Source: Anolis carolinensis
Taxonomy: Eukaryota
NCBI RefSeq assembly: GCF_035594765.1
Contig: NC_085846.1
Span: forward strand, 12,325,190 to 12,389,189
Length of the DNA: 64,000 nucleotides
Direction of reading: 5' to 3'
Shown: positions 51,609 to 63,465 of the stretch, piece after piece
How the letters are laid out: each line of letters opens with the position of its first letter
How positions within the stretch are numbered: position 1 is the stretch's first letter
Notes under the pieces: generated by a model
Told to the model about the DNA's origin: nothing
Seen by the model: the letters and a program-made list of their open reading frames with translations, nothing else
Database searches by the model: none
Made by a program: the position numbers and the translations under genes

Positions 51609-52585
51609 TCAGAGGAGGCATCTCAAGGAACTGGGTGTCTGAACTGATTTCTCCACCTCCTCCTTTTCAGGATGTCCCTGTGCCTGGTGACGGGTGAACT
51701 GGGGCCGGTAACGGAAGGTCTGCCCACAGATAGAGCAAACATATGGTTTCTCCCCTGTGTGGATTCGATAGTGCTTGATGAGGTTGGAGCTCACACAGAA
51801 ACCCTTCCCACAGTCAGCACACCTGTAGGGCTTCTCCCCAGTGTGGATCCTCTGGTGTTCAACCAGAATGGAGCTTTGGGAGAAGCACTTCCCACATTCC
51901 TCGCACCGATAGGGCCGCTCCCCAGTGTGCACGCGATGGTGGGACACTAAGTGGGTCTTCTTCTTGAAGCGCTTTTCGCAGAGGGTGCAGGGGAAGGGCT
52001 TTTCTCCTGAATGAGTGCGCTCATGCTTGAGAAGGTTGGAGCTCAGGGAGAAGCATTTCCCACAGAGCCGACACGTGTAGGGCTTCTCACCCGAGTGGGT
52101 GCGCAAGTGCTTCACAAGACTGGAGGTGCGGCTGAAGGCTTTGCCACACTCCTGACATGGGAAGGGTGTCTCCCCAGTGTGGATGCGTTGGTGGTCGGTT
52201 AAAGTAGAGTTGCGGGTAAAGCTCTGTCCACACTCTGGACATTTGTAAGGCTTCTCGCCTGTGTGAGTGCGTTGGTGTTCCACCAAAGTGCTGCTGCGGC
52301 TGAAGCTTTTCTTGCATTCACTGCAGGTGAATGGGCGCTCCCCTGTGTGGATTCTCTGGTGTTCTATTAAGTTAGAGCTCTGGGAGAAGCTCTTCCCACA
52401 ATCGATACAGGGGAATGGTTTTTCTGAGTCTGGCACATTAGATTTCTTGCATCGGCGTCTGAATTGTGAAGGCTTTCCCTGCAATTCCTCTTGACTCTTG
52501 AGGGTTTCTTGTAAAGCTTGGGCTGCTCTTTCTGCAGTTATTGTACTGAGAAGAAGTTCTATTTTCTCCTTCACTTTCACATCAT
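51609..52585 (-). CDS. C2H2 zinc-finger gene A, finger exon (9 fingers)
   Basis: Nine fingers colinear with gene B; CTTTTTATAG phase-1 acceptor; TGA at 51609. Confidence 0.93.
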
Positions 52586-53043
52586 CTATAAAAAGGATAA
52601 GAAACTTGTCAGAATTACAGCATTTCCACTTCAGAAGCACCAAACATTCAGCTCCCTGCCCATATATAGAAGAAATATTTATTAGAGTCTAAGGGAAGGA
52701 TGGACAATTTGTGACCCTAGATCTATTTGAACTCCTGCTCTTATCATCCCACACCATGACTGTTGTGGCTAGAGATGGGGAAAGATTCAATCTGATAAAA
52801 TCAGGTGGGCTACAACACATCCCACATCCATGGCCTAAGTGCTACCAGACTGGATCAGACCAACAGTTCATCTTGCTCAAGGTTCTGTCTGACTAAACGA
52901 AGGGTTGATGAAGATAATCTCAGTGTGGGCAGTCCAGCGGAGTTGATGGCGTAGAAACATCACTTCAGTGCTGGTGGTCTTTGCTTCTTCCAGCATGCTG
53001 ACATGAGATTTTCAGGATTTTTCAGAGATTCTATTATTAAATA

Positions 53044-53351
53044 CAGTAGAGTCTCACTTATCCAACATAAACGGGCCAGCAGAATGTTAGATAAGCGAAT
53101 ATGTTGGATAATAAGGAGGGATTAAGGAAAAGCCTATTACACATCAAATTAGGTTATGATTTTACAAATTAAGCACCAAAACATCACGTTTAACAACAAA
53201 TTTGACAGAAAAAGTAGTTCAATACGCAGTAATGCTATGTAGTAATTACTGTATTTACGAATTTAGCACCAAAATATCACGATGTATTGAAAACATTGAC
53301 TACACAAATGCGTTGGATAATCCAGAACGTTGGATAAGTGAGACTCTACTG
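53044..53351. mobile_element. Tc1/mariner (Tigger/pogo-like) MITE
   Basis: Perfect TIR CAGTAGAGTCTCACTTATCCAAC with TA TSD. Confidence 0.9.
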
Positions 53352-53624
53352 TACCACAATATTCACTACAAGTAGATAAACTTTCTTCATTTACACATCT
53401 TCTTCTGGTCTCTGGACAGAGAACCATCACGTGGCAGAATATATATTTAGACATGCTCAAGGGGCATCACTTGGGAAGGCATTTGCATATACCACCCATG
53501 ACATCCCGAACATCCCAATCTTGCTGTTTAGAAGGAAACTTCCAATTAATATCAAAGGCCTCAGGACAAAACTAAAAACAATGCTGCTTGAATAAGATTA
53601 GAGACCTACCACTCAACCACCCAC

Positions 53625-53706
53625 CTGGATAAGTACTGCTTCCTGCGATCTCTTCTTCAGGAACGTGAAGTTCTGGGACGTATTTTAATATGTTGCCTTC
53701 TGCCAT
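53625..53706 (-). CDS. C2H2 ZNF gene A, probable ATG exon (MAEGNILKYVPELHVPEEEIAGSSTYP)
   Basis: 82-nt open frame, CAG|GTGGGT phase-1 donor in frame with 52585 (352 aa); candidate acceptor at 53742. Confidence 0.6.
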
Positions 53707-54109
53707 CCAGAAGACCGAAGTAAGGTCCGATGGGCCGAAAACCTGTTTTCGAGATGGAGAATCACAATGTTATACTCACTCTAAATGAAGATACATCTTC
53801 CTACTATATATCGTGCAGTCTATCTAGATACCAATGAGTCTCCTTGCATGGGAGCATCTACAGAAGGCATGGGCCAACTTGGGCCCTCCAGGTGTTTTGG
53901 ACTTCAACTCCCACCATTCCTAACAGCCTCAGGCCCCTTCCTTTCCCCCCTCGGCCGCTTAAGCTGAGTTGAAGGCCAAAACACCTGGAGGGCCCAAGTT
54001 GGCCCAGGCCTACTCTAGATGCATTCTATGTTTATAGTTAATATATATTCAGCCCAAGTCTCCTTGCTTTTGCCTCCCTTCTTCCTCCAACGCCAAGCCT
54101 TGCTCTGTC

Positions 54110-54300
54110 TTACTCCTGTGAGGAGAAAGGCCCAATTCTCCTCAGCAAAGAAATCAGTCTCACGCCCAGACCGTCACTGCTCAGTGCTCACCAAACCTTC
54201 AAAGAACCCGGATGGACGGCTCTGGAGTCAACGGGTGCGACCACAAAAGCTGTCCCTTGGAAACCCCGCCCCTGACTTCGAAGGTTCCTCCCCGAAAGGC
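54110..54300 (-). promoter_or_regulatory. Putative ZNF-A promoter and noncoding exon 1
   Basis: Local CpG enrichment, GC box CCCCGCCCC (54264-54272), minus-strand GTAAGA donor at 54113. Confidence 0.4.
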
Positions 54301-54349
54301 TTTTCTCCAGCAAGGAATCCTCAAGGGTGGCTTGCCAATTTCCTCCTCT

Positions 54350-55579
54350 GAAACACTTGATATTACCCACATCTATATATATTTCAGGCATTCTCAGAGG
54401 TTGTGAGTATGTTGGAAATTATGCAAGTGAAGTTTATATATCTGTGGAATAATGTCCAGGGTGGGAGAAAGAACTCTTGTGTATGTTGCAATTGATTAGC
54501 ATTGCAAAGCCTTTCATTTTCAAGGTCTGGCTCTTTACTCCCTGGGGGAATCCTTTGTTGGGAGGTGTTAGCTGGCCCTGATTGTTTCCTGTCTGGAATT
54601 CCTCTTGTTTTCTGAATGTTGTTCTTTATTTAAGGCTCTGGCAGAACCCCACCTCCTCCAAGGGGAACTGAACCACCTAAACTGGGCTCTGCATGCGAAT
54701 GGATACTCCACCACAGACATCAGAAGAGCTAAGACCAAGAACAAGCCATGAGAGTAAAAACAAAGATCCAACCAGAGGAAAAGTGTTCTTACCATATATC
54801 AAGGGAACCGCTGATCGCATAGGGAAGCTGATGAAGAAACACAATCTACAAACTATCCAATCCACTAAGAAAATCCTACTAATGCAGCGTTCAGCAAAGG
54901 TCAAGAGGGATCCTCTCACCCCAGGAGGAGTCTACCGTATACTATGTAGCCGTGGGCAAATCTACATAGGGACCACCAAACACAGAATTGCTTAAACATG
55001 AATAAAGGAACATGAAAGGCACTGCAGACTAATTCAACAAGAGAAGTCAGCCACAGCAAGGCAACCAATGAACCTACCTAGACACAGAAATGCTGGACCA
55101 CTCTTAACAACCACCATGTCAGACTACACAGAGAAGCCATTGAAATCCACAAGCATGTGGGCAATTTCAACAGAAAGGAGGAAACCATGAACATGAACAA
55201 AATCTGGCTAGCAGTATTTAAAAAACTCTAAAATCAGGACAGTGAATAAAGAGTAACACTCAAAAACAGGAAACCAGACAAGAAACCATCAGGGCCAGCT
55301 AATCTCCCCCAACAAAGGATTCCCCCAGGCAGGAAGCAGCCATGCTACAAGGCTATTCAATGCTAATCAAGGTGGCCAATTGCAACATTCATGCTTGATT
55401 CAGGCAGACAAGAGTTCTTTCTCCCATCCTGGACATTCCACAGATATATAAACCCCACTTGCCTAGTTTCCAACAGACTTCACAACCTCTGAGGATGCCT
55501 GCCATCGATGTGAGTGAAACATCAGGAGAGAATGCTTCTGGAACAAGGCCATACAGCCCGGAAAATTCATAGCAACCCA
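54350..55579 (+). mobile_element. Penelope element: inverted 5' pseudo-LTR, GIY-YIG region and 3' pseudo-LTR
   Basis: ORF 54693-54995 has LPYIKG..GVYRILCSRGQIYIGTT; 54350-54632 is a reverse-complement copy of the 3' end. Confidence 0.88.
55486..55526 (+). ncRNA. Degenerate minimal type-I hammerhead ribozyme motif in the Penelope terminus
   Basis: CCU-CUGAGGA-[stem II]-GAAA-C-AUC-AGG. Core boxes intact; helices II and III carry mismatches. Confidence 0.6.
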
Positions 55580-55609
55580 GCTGAAAATCCTACTGAATGA
55601 GTCTAATTC

Positions 55610-56078
55610 CACTGTGTGACATGATTGTTGTTCTTGGATTATAAATGTCATTTCTTAATTGGTTCTACAATATCATAAAAACATTTAAAAAGTTTATTCA
55701 ACTGTAAAAACTTTGTTTTTGTGGAACATCCTGCTATAGCACATTTTGCTATAGTTTTTCAATGAATATCTGATAAGGGTCTCAACCATAGAAGCATAGA
55801 ATAATAGAGTTGGAAGAGACCACATGGGCCATCTAGTTCAACCCCTGCCATGCAGGAAAACCACAGCTGAAGTACCCCTGACAGATGGCCATCCAACCTC
55901 TGTTTCAAAGCTTCCAAGGAAGGAGCTTCCACCACCAATTCAATATAGTTCGTGGCAGCCACAAAACTAAGTTTCTGGCATATAACAACTACTTTCAAAG
56001 TAAGTACTGCATAATTAAACAGGAAATAACACTTTCAAACCAGGAACAGATTTTTTTTTCAAATTTTGTTACTTAGTG
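55610..56078. mobile_element. Non-autonomous DNA transposon (Chapaev-like CACT termini) interrupted by CR1
   Basis: CACTGTGTGACA / TGTTACTTAGTG ends; an uninterrupted homolog lies at about 12310-12608. Confidence 0.55.
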
Positions 56079-56827
56079 TTACTTGTGAGTGAATTCTTAG
56101 CTCACGTGCGTTGGGATTGCCTGCAGAATCAAAAAGCTGCCATAGCAATTAACATGCAATTAGTGTGCATGTTTACTGAGAAAATAAATATTTTACAACA
56201 CTTGTGCATATTTTCTTTTCTAGATGTTTTAATGCTGTTTAAAATCAGTGATTTAAACCATTACTTAAATGAGTCCATCAAGAATATGAAGACTAGGAAT
56301 TAAAAAAAGAGAGAGAGAGAAAAGGAGATGTAATATGGAGTAAAGATTGGACTCCTTAAATACTGAAAAATATAACAATCTAAAAGACTCTAAAAATATA
56401 ACATTCGGATGCAGTGCTTCATCATCAGAACAACTTTTGTCCCAAATAGAGAGGGAGAAATCATGTCTCCTAGAAGATGCTGGGCATAAAATGAAAGGAT
56501 GATCTTTGATTAAAGAAGACACTCAGGGCCTTTTCACACTGCCATATAACCCAGAATATCAAAGCAGATAATCCACAATATCTGCTTTGAACTGAGTTAT
56601 CTAAGTCCACACTGCCATACAATCTAGTTCAATGAGGATTTTATACAGTTGTGTGGAAGGGGCCTCAGATGTCTGTGACATCTAGTGGTTTCAATGGCAT
56701 ATTTAAAGTCCATTCACTAATTCAGTACCTTGAATTAATGACAAAAACCCAGAGCAGATTTGCCATCTCATTGAACAAATTTGCTGTGTGGCTTACATGT
56801 AAGTCACCAATAAACACTGCTATCTAA

Positions 56828-57049
56828 GGTTGCATCTACACTGTAGAGTTAATGCAGTTTGACACTACTTTCACTGCCTTGGCTCAATGCCATAGAATCT
56901 TGGGATTCATAGTTTGATGAGGCACCAGCACTCTTTGGCAGAGCAGTCTAAAGACCTTGTACAATTCCAACTCCCATGATTCCATAGCATTGAGTCATAG
57001 TTCTTAAAGTGGTGTCAAATCGCTTTAATACTTTAGTGTAGATGCACCC
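56828..57049. mobile_element. PIF/Harbinger-like MITE (family B), representative of more than 12 copies
   Basis: Long TIRs GGGTGCATCTACACTGTAGAATTAATGCAG.., TNA flanks. Other copies near 6570-6820, 7235-7370, 7545-7720, 8425-8600, 10160-10377, 10553-10762, 12687-12880, 13656-13843, 19506-20425, 21393-21615 and 40318-40480. Confidence 0.75.
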
Positions 57050-57548
57050 TGAGACATCTTTGCAGACTGCAGCAATGTTGTAACCCCCATTCCCTCACCA
57101 GGTGCTTGATAGCTTATGAAAATGAAACGAGTCCACCCCAAAATAAGGTTATAGTTTCTAAATATCAAAGGGATTTGTGAGATACACAAATAAATGCACA
57201 CAAGTGTGGAATGAGAAATTTATTGGACCATGTGTGACTTTTAGTTTAGTCCCTGCCTTATAACAATTTAGTCCCTGACTCATAAGAACAAGTGGAATGT
57301 TAGAATGTACATTTAAAATGGGATTTTCTCCCACCCCACCCTTCGCCCTGTTAAAAAAACCTGCATGAAAGCAGTCGTTGCAGGTTGCTAAATGCAACTT
57401 TTTGTGACAAGTCTGCCTGATCTTTTCCTAGTAAAGTCCATGTTGTGGAGACTTTCTATGACTTTGTCTCTTGATATTACATTGCATAGGAAGGTGAACA
57501 TCATCTGTCACTGAGCTGTATAATACCTCTGTTTTACTCTTTGTGGTC

Positions 57549-57805
57549 TTATTTCCCTTCAAGGTCCTCAATAAGGTAAGGGTTTTTGTCCTTCAGTGCC
57601 ACATACAGCTGATCCTTGCAGTAGTTGTTCCAGCTTGGCATGATCTTGTAGTAGAGCTCCCTCATTTTCTCTTGGTTAGTTTCCTTCGCGCGGATTTTTT
57701 CGTATTGCTCTGGGGTTAGGACTGTACCATACAAGCAATCCAGCACTTGGTCAATTGGGGTCCGCTGGATGAGCTCTTCCCTGTGGCGGTCAATAAAATG
57801 AACCC
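57549..57805 (-). CDS. PYCARD: ASC exon 3 (CARD)
   Basis: [13 protein letters not shown]...[29 protein letters not shown]...[29 protein letters not shown] at 57219-57224. Confidence 0.95.
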
Positions 57806-58988
57806 CTGTCAAGAAAAAGAGAGAGCTTAGAGATTCACGCTGCACACTTAGATAGTTTTCTCACTCATTTCCTCTTCCTCCTCATTCCCTGAAAAGCATG
57901 GTTTCATGAAGAACGACAAGGGATTTCTAGCATGTCGTTCTTACCACTTCTCCAGGTTTATTTTTGGGAGGAATTACGAGAGACAAAGAGGTATCAAAGC
58001 AGAATAGTGTTTTTATGTTAAAAAAATTTGGTGGGATGAAAGGATTCCAGTTATCAGAAACTGTAGAGGGACATCAGTGGAAATGCTGTTGGTGACATAT
58101 TAATCTGGAAGGGACCCCAAGGGCCATTTAGTCCAACCCTCTCTCATGCAGGAATGCACAACTTCCAAAGATATCCATTCAAACTCCGTTTAAAGTCCTC
58201 CAAAGAAAGAGAATCCATCTCCCATGACATGTGCAACCCAGAATTATGCCATCATATATAAATGTACGGATTCTGTGGAAGGAGAACTATATTTTCAGAG
58301 GAAGGAAGTGGCCAAATAATTTTTGAGTATTTCTTGTCGAAGAAAACCCTATGAAATTCATGTGGTTGTCAGAAGTCAACAGATGACTTGGAGGAACATA
58401 ATATGGAAGTACATTAGCTTAAAGTTAACCTCAAAAACTGTGGCATAGACGCTGAGAACTGGGAAGTCCTGGCCCTTGAGTGCTCTAACTGGAGGTCAGC
58501 TGTGACCAGCAGTGCTGTGGAATTTGAAGCGACATGAATGGAGGGCGAAAGGGAGAAACGTGTCAAGGGGAAGGCGTGTCAAGCCAACCCTGACCGGGAC
58601 AGCCTTCCACCTGGAAACAGATGCCCTCACTGAAGAAGAACATGTGGGTCAAGAATAGGACTTCACAGTCACCTACGTACCCACTGCCAAGACACTACAC
58701 TTGGAGAGTCATCATACTCGGACAACAAGGGATCGCCTAAGTAAGTAAGTAAGGTACATGATATGTCCTTATACAACATCCATGCACACACATGGAAGGG
58801 GACAACATATGTAGACCCCATAGTTATCTAGTGGATGGAGGAGGATGACAGGATGCCAAGCAACATCTATTTGCAGTTCTGCTGTGAAATGCGAGGGAAA
58901 CCCCTGTTCCAGATCTCCATTGAGTACACAAGGTCAGAGGGCAGCAGAATTGAGATGCTGACATCTGAGGAGATGGGAAGGAACCTAC

Positions 58989-59048
58989 CATTTCTTCCTG
59001 AGGTGGAACTGACAGATGGCATAAGGGCCTCAGGATGACTGCGACCAC
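58989..59048 (-). CDS. PYCARD: ASC exon 2 (linker)
   Basis: 60-nt phase 1-1 exon SGRSHPEALMPSVSSTSGRN with TAG acceptor and GTAGGT donor; matches the short linker exon of ASC. Confidence 0.75.
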
Positions 59049-60073
59049 CTAGAATTTCAATACAAAAAATAGTTTGTGTACATTGAAACAAGAAAAGATT
59101 GCAATATAAAGAAAGGCAAGAATAAAACAAATCTACCAAATTTCTACCCAAAACATAGAAGGCTCCCTTTTGTAGCCTAGGTACACACAATGTCAAATCT
59201 GAAAGTCAGAGAAGGTGTGAAGGAAGACAGAGACAGCAGAAGACAAAAGTAGGGATTCACAGAAAGGAAAGGATGTTCTATTTATCTCATTCCTGGCTAC
59301 ATACTTGTAGAATTTTGTAGATGGGGAGTATTACAGAGGCTAATTTTGCCATATCTGTAACTTCTTTCATCCTGCTAGTTCTTGTTGAATGCATGTTGAA
59401 TGTATGCATCACATCTTCTTGTCCTGCAGTTTTCTAGGCAGGCTCTGCTACATATTATTACCCCACTACTGAGAAATGTACCTGGTAGATCAGCCCAATT
59501 CCATGGAAAGTTTTTACTAGGTGACTATTTCCTCCATGTGACCTTGGCTATTGCCAAGTTTCTCTCTGAGGCAGCCAGGTCAAGACAACCCTCTGTATTA
59601 GACTCAGATTGAAACTTGTCCTGTATCTATCTGCAGTGTTCTTCCTCTTGTTCATATGCATCTTGCATTGAACATTGTCCTGCATTTAATTGCTCTTATC
59701 AGTTTGTTAATCTGTTTGCAATTGTGCAGATAATGCGGATTATCTGATTTGATAATTTGGATTATATGGCACATAGGGTTACCTAGGACCCTTGGGCACT
59801 GGATAGCTCTGAGGCCCTCATTGGTGCTACCAACGCGGCTATATGCCCAAGGGTCCGAAACAAGCCTAATGTGCAGGCTGTAGTTTAAAGTAAATTTAGG
59901 TCCCTTCTGTACTGCCATGCAATCCAGATTATCAAATCCCAGTTGCAAAGATCATCTTCAAACTACAAAATCCAGCACTCCAGATGATGGAATTTCAGAA
60001 TTTAAAGCAGTATTTGGATTACACTGCAATGTAGAAGGTGCCTCCCTGTCTTCAAAACCTGGATCCTCCAGAT

Positions 60074-60204
60074 CAGTGGTTCTCAACCTGGGTGAGATGT
60101 TTTTGGCCTTCAACTCCCAGAAATCCTAACAGCTGGTAAACTGGCTGAGATTTCTGGGAGTTGTGAACCAAAACATCTGGCGACCCACAGGTTGAGAACC
60201 ACTG
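60074..60204. mobile_element. hAT MITE with SPIN-like TIRs (family C) in PYCARD intron 1
   Basis: TIRs plus TSD CTCCAGAT/CTCCTGAT. Confidence 0.82.
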
Positions 60205-60323
60205 CTCCTGATGTTCTGGGCTTCCTCTCTCAGGCGCTCTGTCCAATTTGAACCACAGCCAGACATGCTGGAGCTGAAGCCAAGTTGGAGAAAAGTCCCC
60301 CCCCCCCCACATGTCTTCCTTAC

Positions 60324-60600
60324 TGGTCCCAGCAAGAGAGGCGAGCTTCTCGGCCTGGCGCTTGCAGTTGATCTCCTCCAGCACCCCGATGGCCACCTCC
60401 TCCGCGTACTCCTCGGCGTAGAAGCTGAGCAGGAGCTCGGCCAGGTCCAGGGCGTCCGCCTTCTCCAGGCGCCCTTTGGGGATGTTCTCGTAGCCTTTCT
60501 TGACCGGGAATTCGTTGAGTTTCCTCTTGAAGCGCTTCAGATCCGCCTCCTCCAAGTTCTCCAAGGCGTCCAGCAGGCGGTCCTGGGTGGATTTGGGCAT
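60324..60600 (-). CDS. PYCARD: ASC exon 1 (pyrin domain)
   Basis: [28 protein letters not shown]...[14 protein letters not shown] resembles the ASC PYD; A|GTAAGG phase-1 donor. Confidence 0.93.
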
Positions 60601-61579
60601 CCTTCCTTTCCCCGCGGTTTCAGAGGAGAGCAGGGCAGGCTCGCCTCCCGAAAGGGCCACGGGGACAGTCGGAGCGAAAGAGAAAGAGAAAGACAAGGCT
60701 GAGCCTCCACCTCCCGAGGCGATTGGCTGAGTTTCTGGCTCAGCCCCATGCTTCCTTCTTCCTTCTCTTTCTCTCCGCGGTGCTTTCGGGGAAATGCCCT
60801 TCTCACGACCATTATTAGGGCATCTGCAGGAAGAAGGTAGTCTGACACCACTGCCTGGGCTCAATGCTATGGAATCAGGGCAGCTTTCCTTTGTCTCTGG
60901 ATGCAGCTGCACCAGGCGTGGGCAAACTTTGGCCCTCAGGTGTTTTGGACTCCAACTCCCACCATTCCTAACAGCCTCAGGCCCATTCCTTTCTCCCCTC
61001 AGCTGCTTAAGCTAGTCCCTAGTCATGCATTACTCAATGCTGGCTCTGGACACTTACTTGGGTGTAATCTACACTGAACACATGGAGGGAGGACGCATAT
61101 AAGTCTTCATATTTAAGGACGATCATTTCCACAATTGAAGATCTAAAACTGTTTCAACCAATACTTTTGCCACAATGTAGTATTTAAAAGTATTGTGAAA
61201 TGGAACCAGGTTGAAAAGAAGTATTTTTCAACCTAACCCCCCCCCCCCCCCCACAAACAAACCTATTATTATTTATTTATCAGAAGGTTATTTATAAAGC
61301 AACTCTCCAGCCACAAAAACTCTGTGTGGCTTACAAATGGTTAATTTGACAGTTCCCTGCTTTCAGGCATAATCTAAATAAGATATGACTCACACAGAAA
61401 AGGGTATGATAGTGGGAAATGAGTTAAAGTCCAAAGGCTAAGATACTCTGAACTATAAAGATTATGACATTTCCCAGTGGAAAATACAATTCTATTACCC
61501 TTTCTCATTGCTTTGTTGCCTATAAAAATATTGACGACCTTCAATTTTTGTCATTGTTACTGCAATTTAAGAAAAAGTT

Positions 61580-62220
61580 GTCAATTGTGAATTTAATGTT
61601 TTTTATTATTGTACTAGTTTATATTTTTTTTTCAAAAAAGGAAGAGGTATGGAGTTTAGTTGTTAGTCTTCAGTAGCAAAAGTGTGGAAGTCACACTGTA
61701 CATGCAGTTGTTGTATTTTTGTGGCATCGTGTGGTCATCTGTCACCATCTTCAAGGTCATCATGAAGATACTTCTGCTTGAACTTCAATGCCTCATAAAG
61801 CAGATCCTTGCAAAAAAACAAAAAAAAACAAAACAAAAGCCAGTTCCAGCTTAGCAGGAGGATGTAGAGCTCCTACATTTTATCCAGGTAGATTTTCCTG
61901 GGATTGGTTTTTTGGGATTGCTCATAATCCAGGACAGCCCTATAAAGCATATTCAAGACTCCATCTACATTGCTGGTCCTTCCTATCAGTTCCTGTTAGT
62001 GTTGTTCAGTGAAGTGCATCCCTGGTGCGTCAGGCAATATGCAACAATAAGTAATAGAGAATGTTGTGGCATCTTGGACTTTGGGGACAGGTGAACTGAC
62101 TAGTAGCTGCACATCATTCTCTGCCACCATCCAAGCAGCCTGATTTCCAGATGATTGGAGAGACTCACTTCTTACTTCTTACTATTTGCAACAGCTTCAG
62201 TTGGTTTGTGGGCAGCAGCA
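61580..62220 (-). other. Probable terminal exon/3'UTR of an unidentified upstream minus-strand gene
   Basis: Strong acceptor CTTTTTCTTTCTTTTCCTAG at 62221-62240, short frames ending in stops, repeat-free downstream sequence and AATAAA near 61605. Confidence 0.4.
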
Positions 62221-63254
62221 CTAGGAAAAGAAAGAAAAAGGAAATGTGTGCACATATCACATATTACTGGCCATGTTATTCACTGATTGCAGATTGGAAC
62301 TAAACCCAGGAATTACAGTATCCATGGCTAGACAGATGTTGGAACAACTTTTTTTTCTTATCCAGTTTGCTAAGATGTGCTGATGTACATATCTATGTCA
62401 GTTCGGGATCAACATTAGATGGCGTTAGGGCATTCATGGGAATGATGTGGTTCCCAATCCTAGGAAGTAATTGGAATATTTGTGTAGGCACTGCACAGTG
62501 AAACTGGTTTGATTTAATCCATCTCCAGTCTGGATTATAGTGTCTGTTTTACTCACTTTCTGGTGAGTTGTTTCTAGCTTGATCTGCTCTGCAGTGCATT
62601 GAGTTGTGCCCTTTGTGGACACTCTGTCCTCGGGCCAGCTTCAAACCCCATTATATGGTCTGTGTAGAACAGTGGTTCCCAACCTTTGGGCCTTCAGGTG
62701 TTTTGCACTTCAGTTCCCACAGTTCCTAACAACTGGTTTGCTGGCTAGGATTTCTGGGAATTGAAGTCCAAAACACCTGGAGACCTAAAGGTTGAGAACC
62801 ACTAGTTTAGAAGCACCCCATTTGAGGCTCCCTTTGACTTTCCCTCACCAACTCTGCTGTTCAGAAATGTAAACTATCCATTAGAATTATCCCAAGGCCT
62901 GCCATGAAGTCATGTCACCTTTGTTTACCACTTTGTCCTCCCAAAATGATCAAATAAAAAAAATCTCATTGCATAAACAACTTAAGAGTACAAAACAGCA
63001 ACCCAATCTTTTCTTTTCCCCAATATCAAAAATATTGATTTATTAGAATATGTAAAATGCCAGAGCTCTTAAAATCAGTGCTTACTGTCATAAAACCCCA
63101 CTAATACGAATTTTAATAATGTATGTTGATGGATGTTGCTTTCACATCAACCTATCTATTGTTATTTAATAAACTCAATAACATATTTTTAAATTCATAT
63201 GCATTTTTACTGGTTTGCATAAGACCTTCCTTCACAATCCTAACAGGCTTAAAG

Positions 63255-63465
63255 GTACCAAATCTTGGCTGATCTTGGAAGCTATACAGGGTCAGCCCTG
63301 ATGACTATTTGGATGGGAGGCCGCCAATGAATACCAGTTGCTTTGGACTGTATTTCAGAGGAAGGAGCTGGCAAAAACCACCTCTCAGTATTCCATTACT
63401 AAGACCACCATATAATATTCATGAGGTCACTATTTGTTGAAAGGTGACGTGAAGGCACTCCACAT
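63255..63465 (+). mobile_element. 5S-rRNA-derived SINE (SINE3) with RTE-type tail
   Basis: CTGATCTTGGAAGCTA..CAGGGTC..TTGGATGGGAG.CCGCC..GAATACC resembles 5S rRNA and runs into a retro-tail. Confidence 0.7.

Noticed and set aside
59480-59690. Extra PYCARD exon in intron 1
   Set aside because: Candidate acceptor/donor pairs give in-frame stops.
60537-60749. Overlapping uORF with strong Kozak upstream of ASC
   Set aside because: The ATG lies upstream of the CCAAT box, so it is probably outside the transcript.
60601-60912. In-frame 104-aa N-terminal extension of ASC
   Set aside because: Starts at GTG within MITE-derived sequence, has no in-frame ATG and crosses the promoter motifs.
63255-63345. 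5S rRNA gene
   Set aside because: Heavily diverged, incomplete and fused to a retro-tail; it is a SINE3 head.
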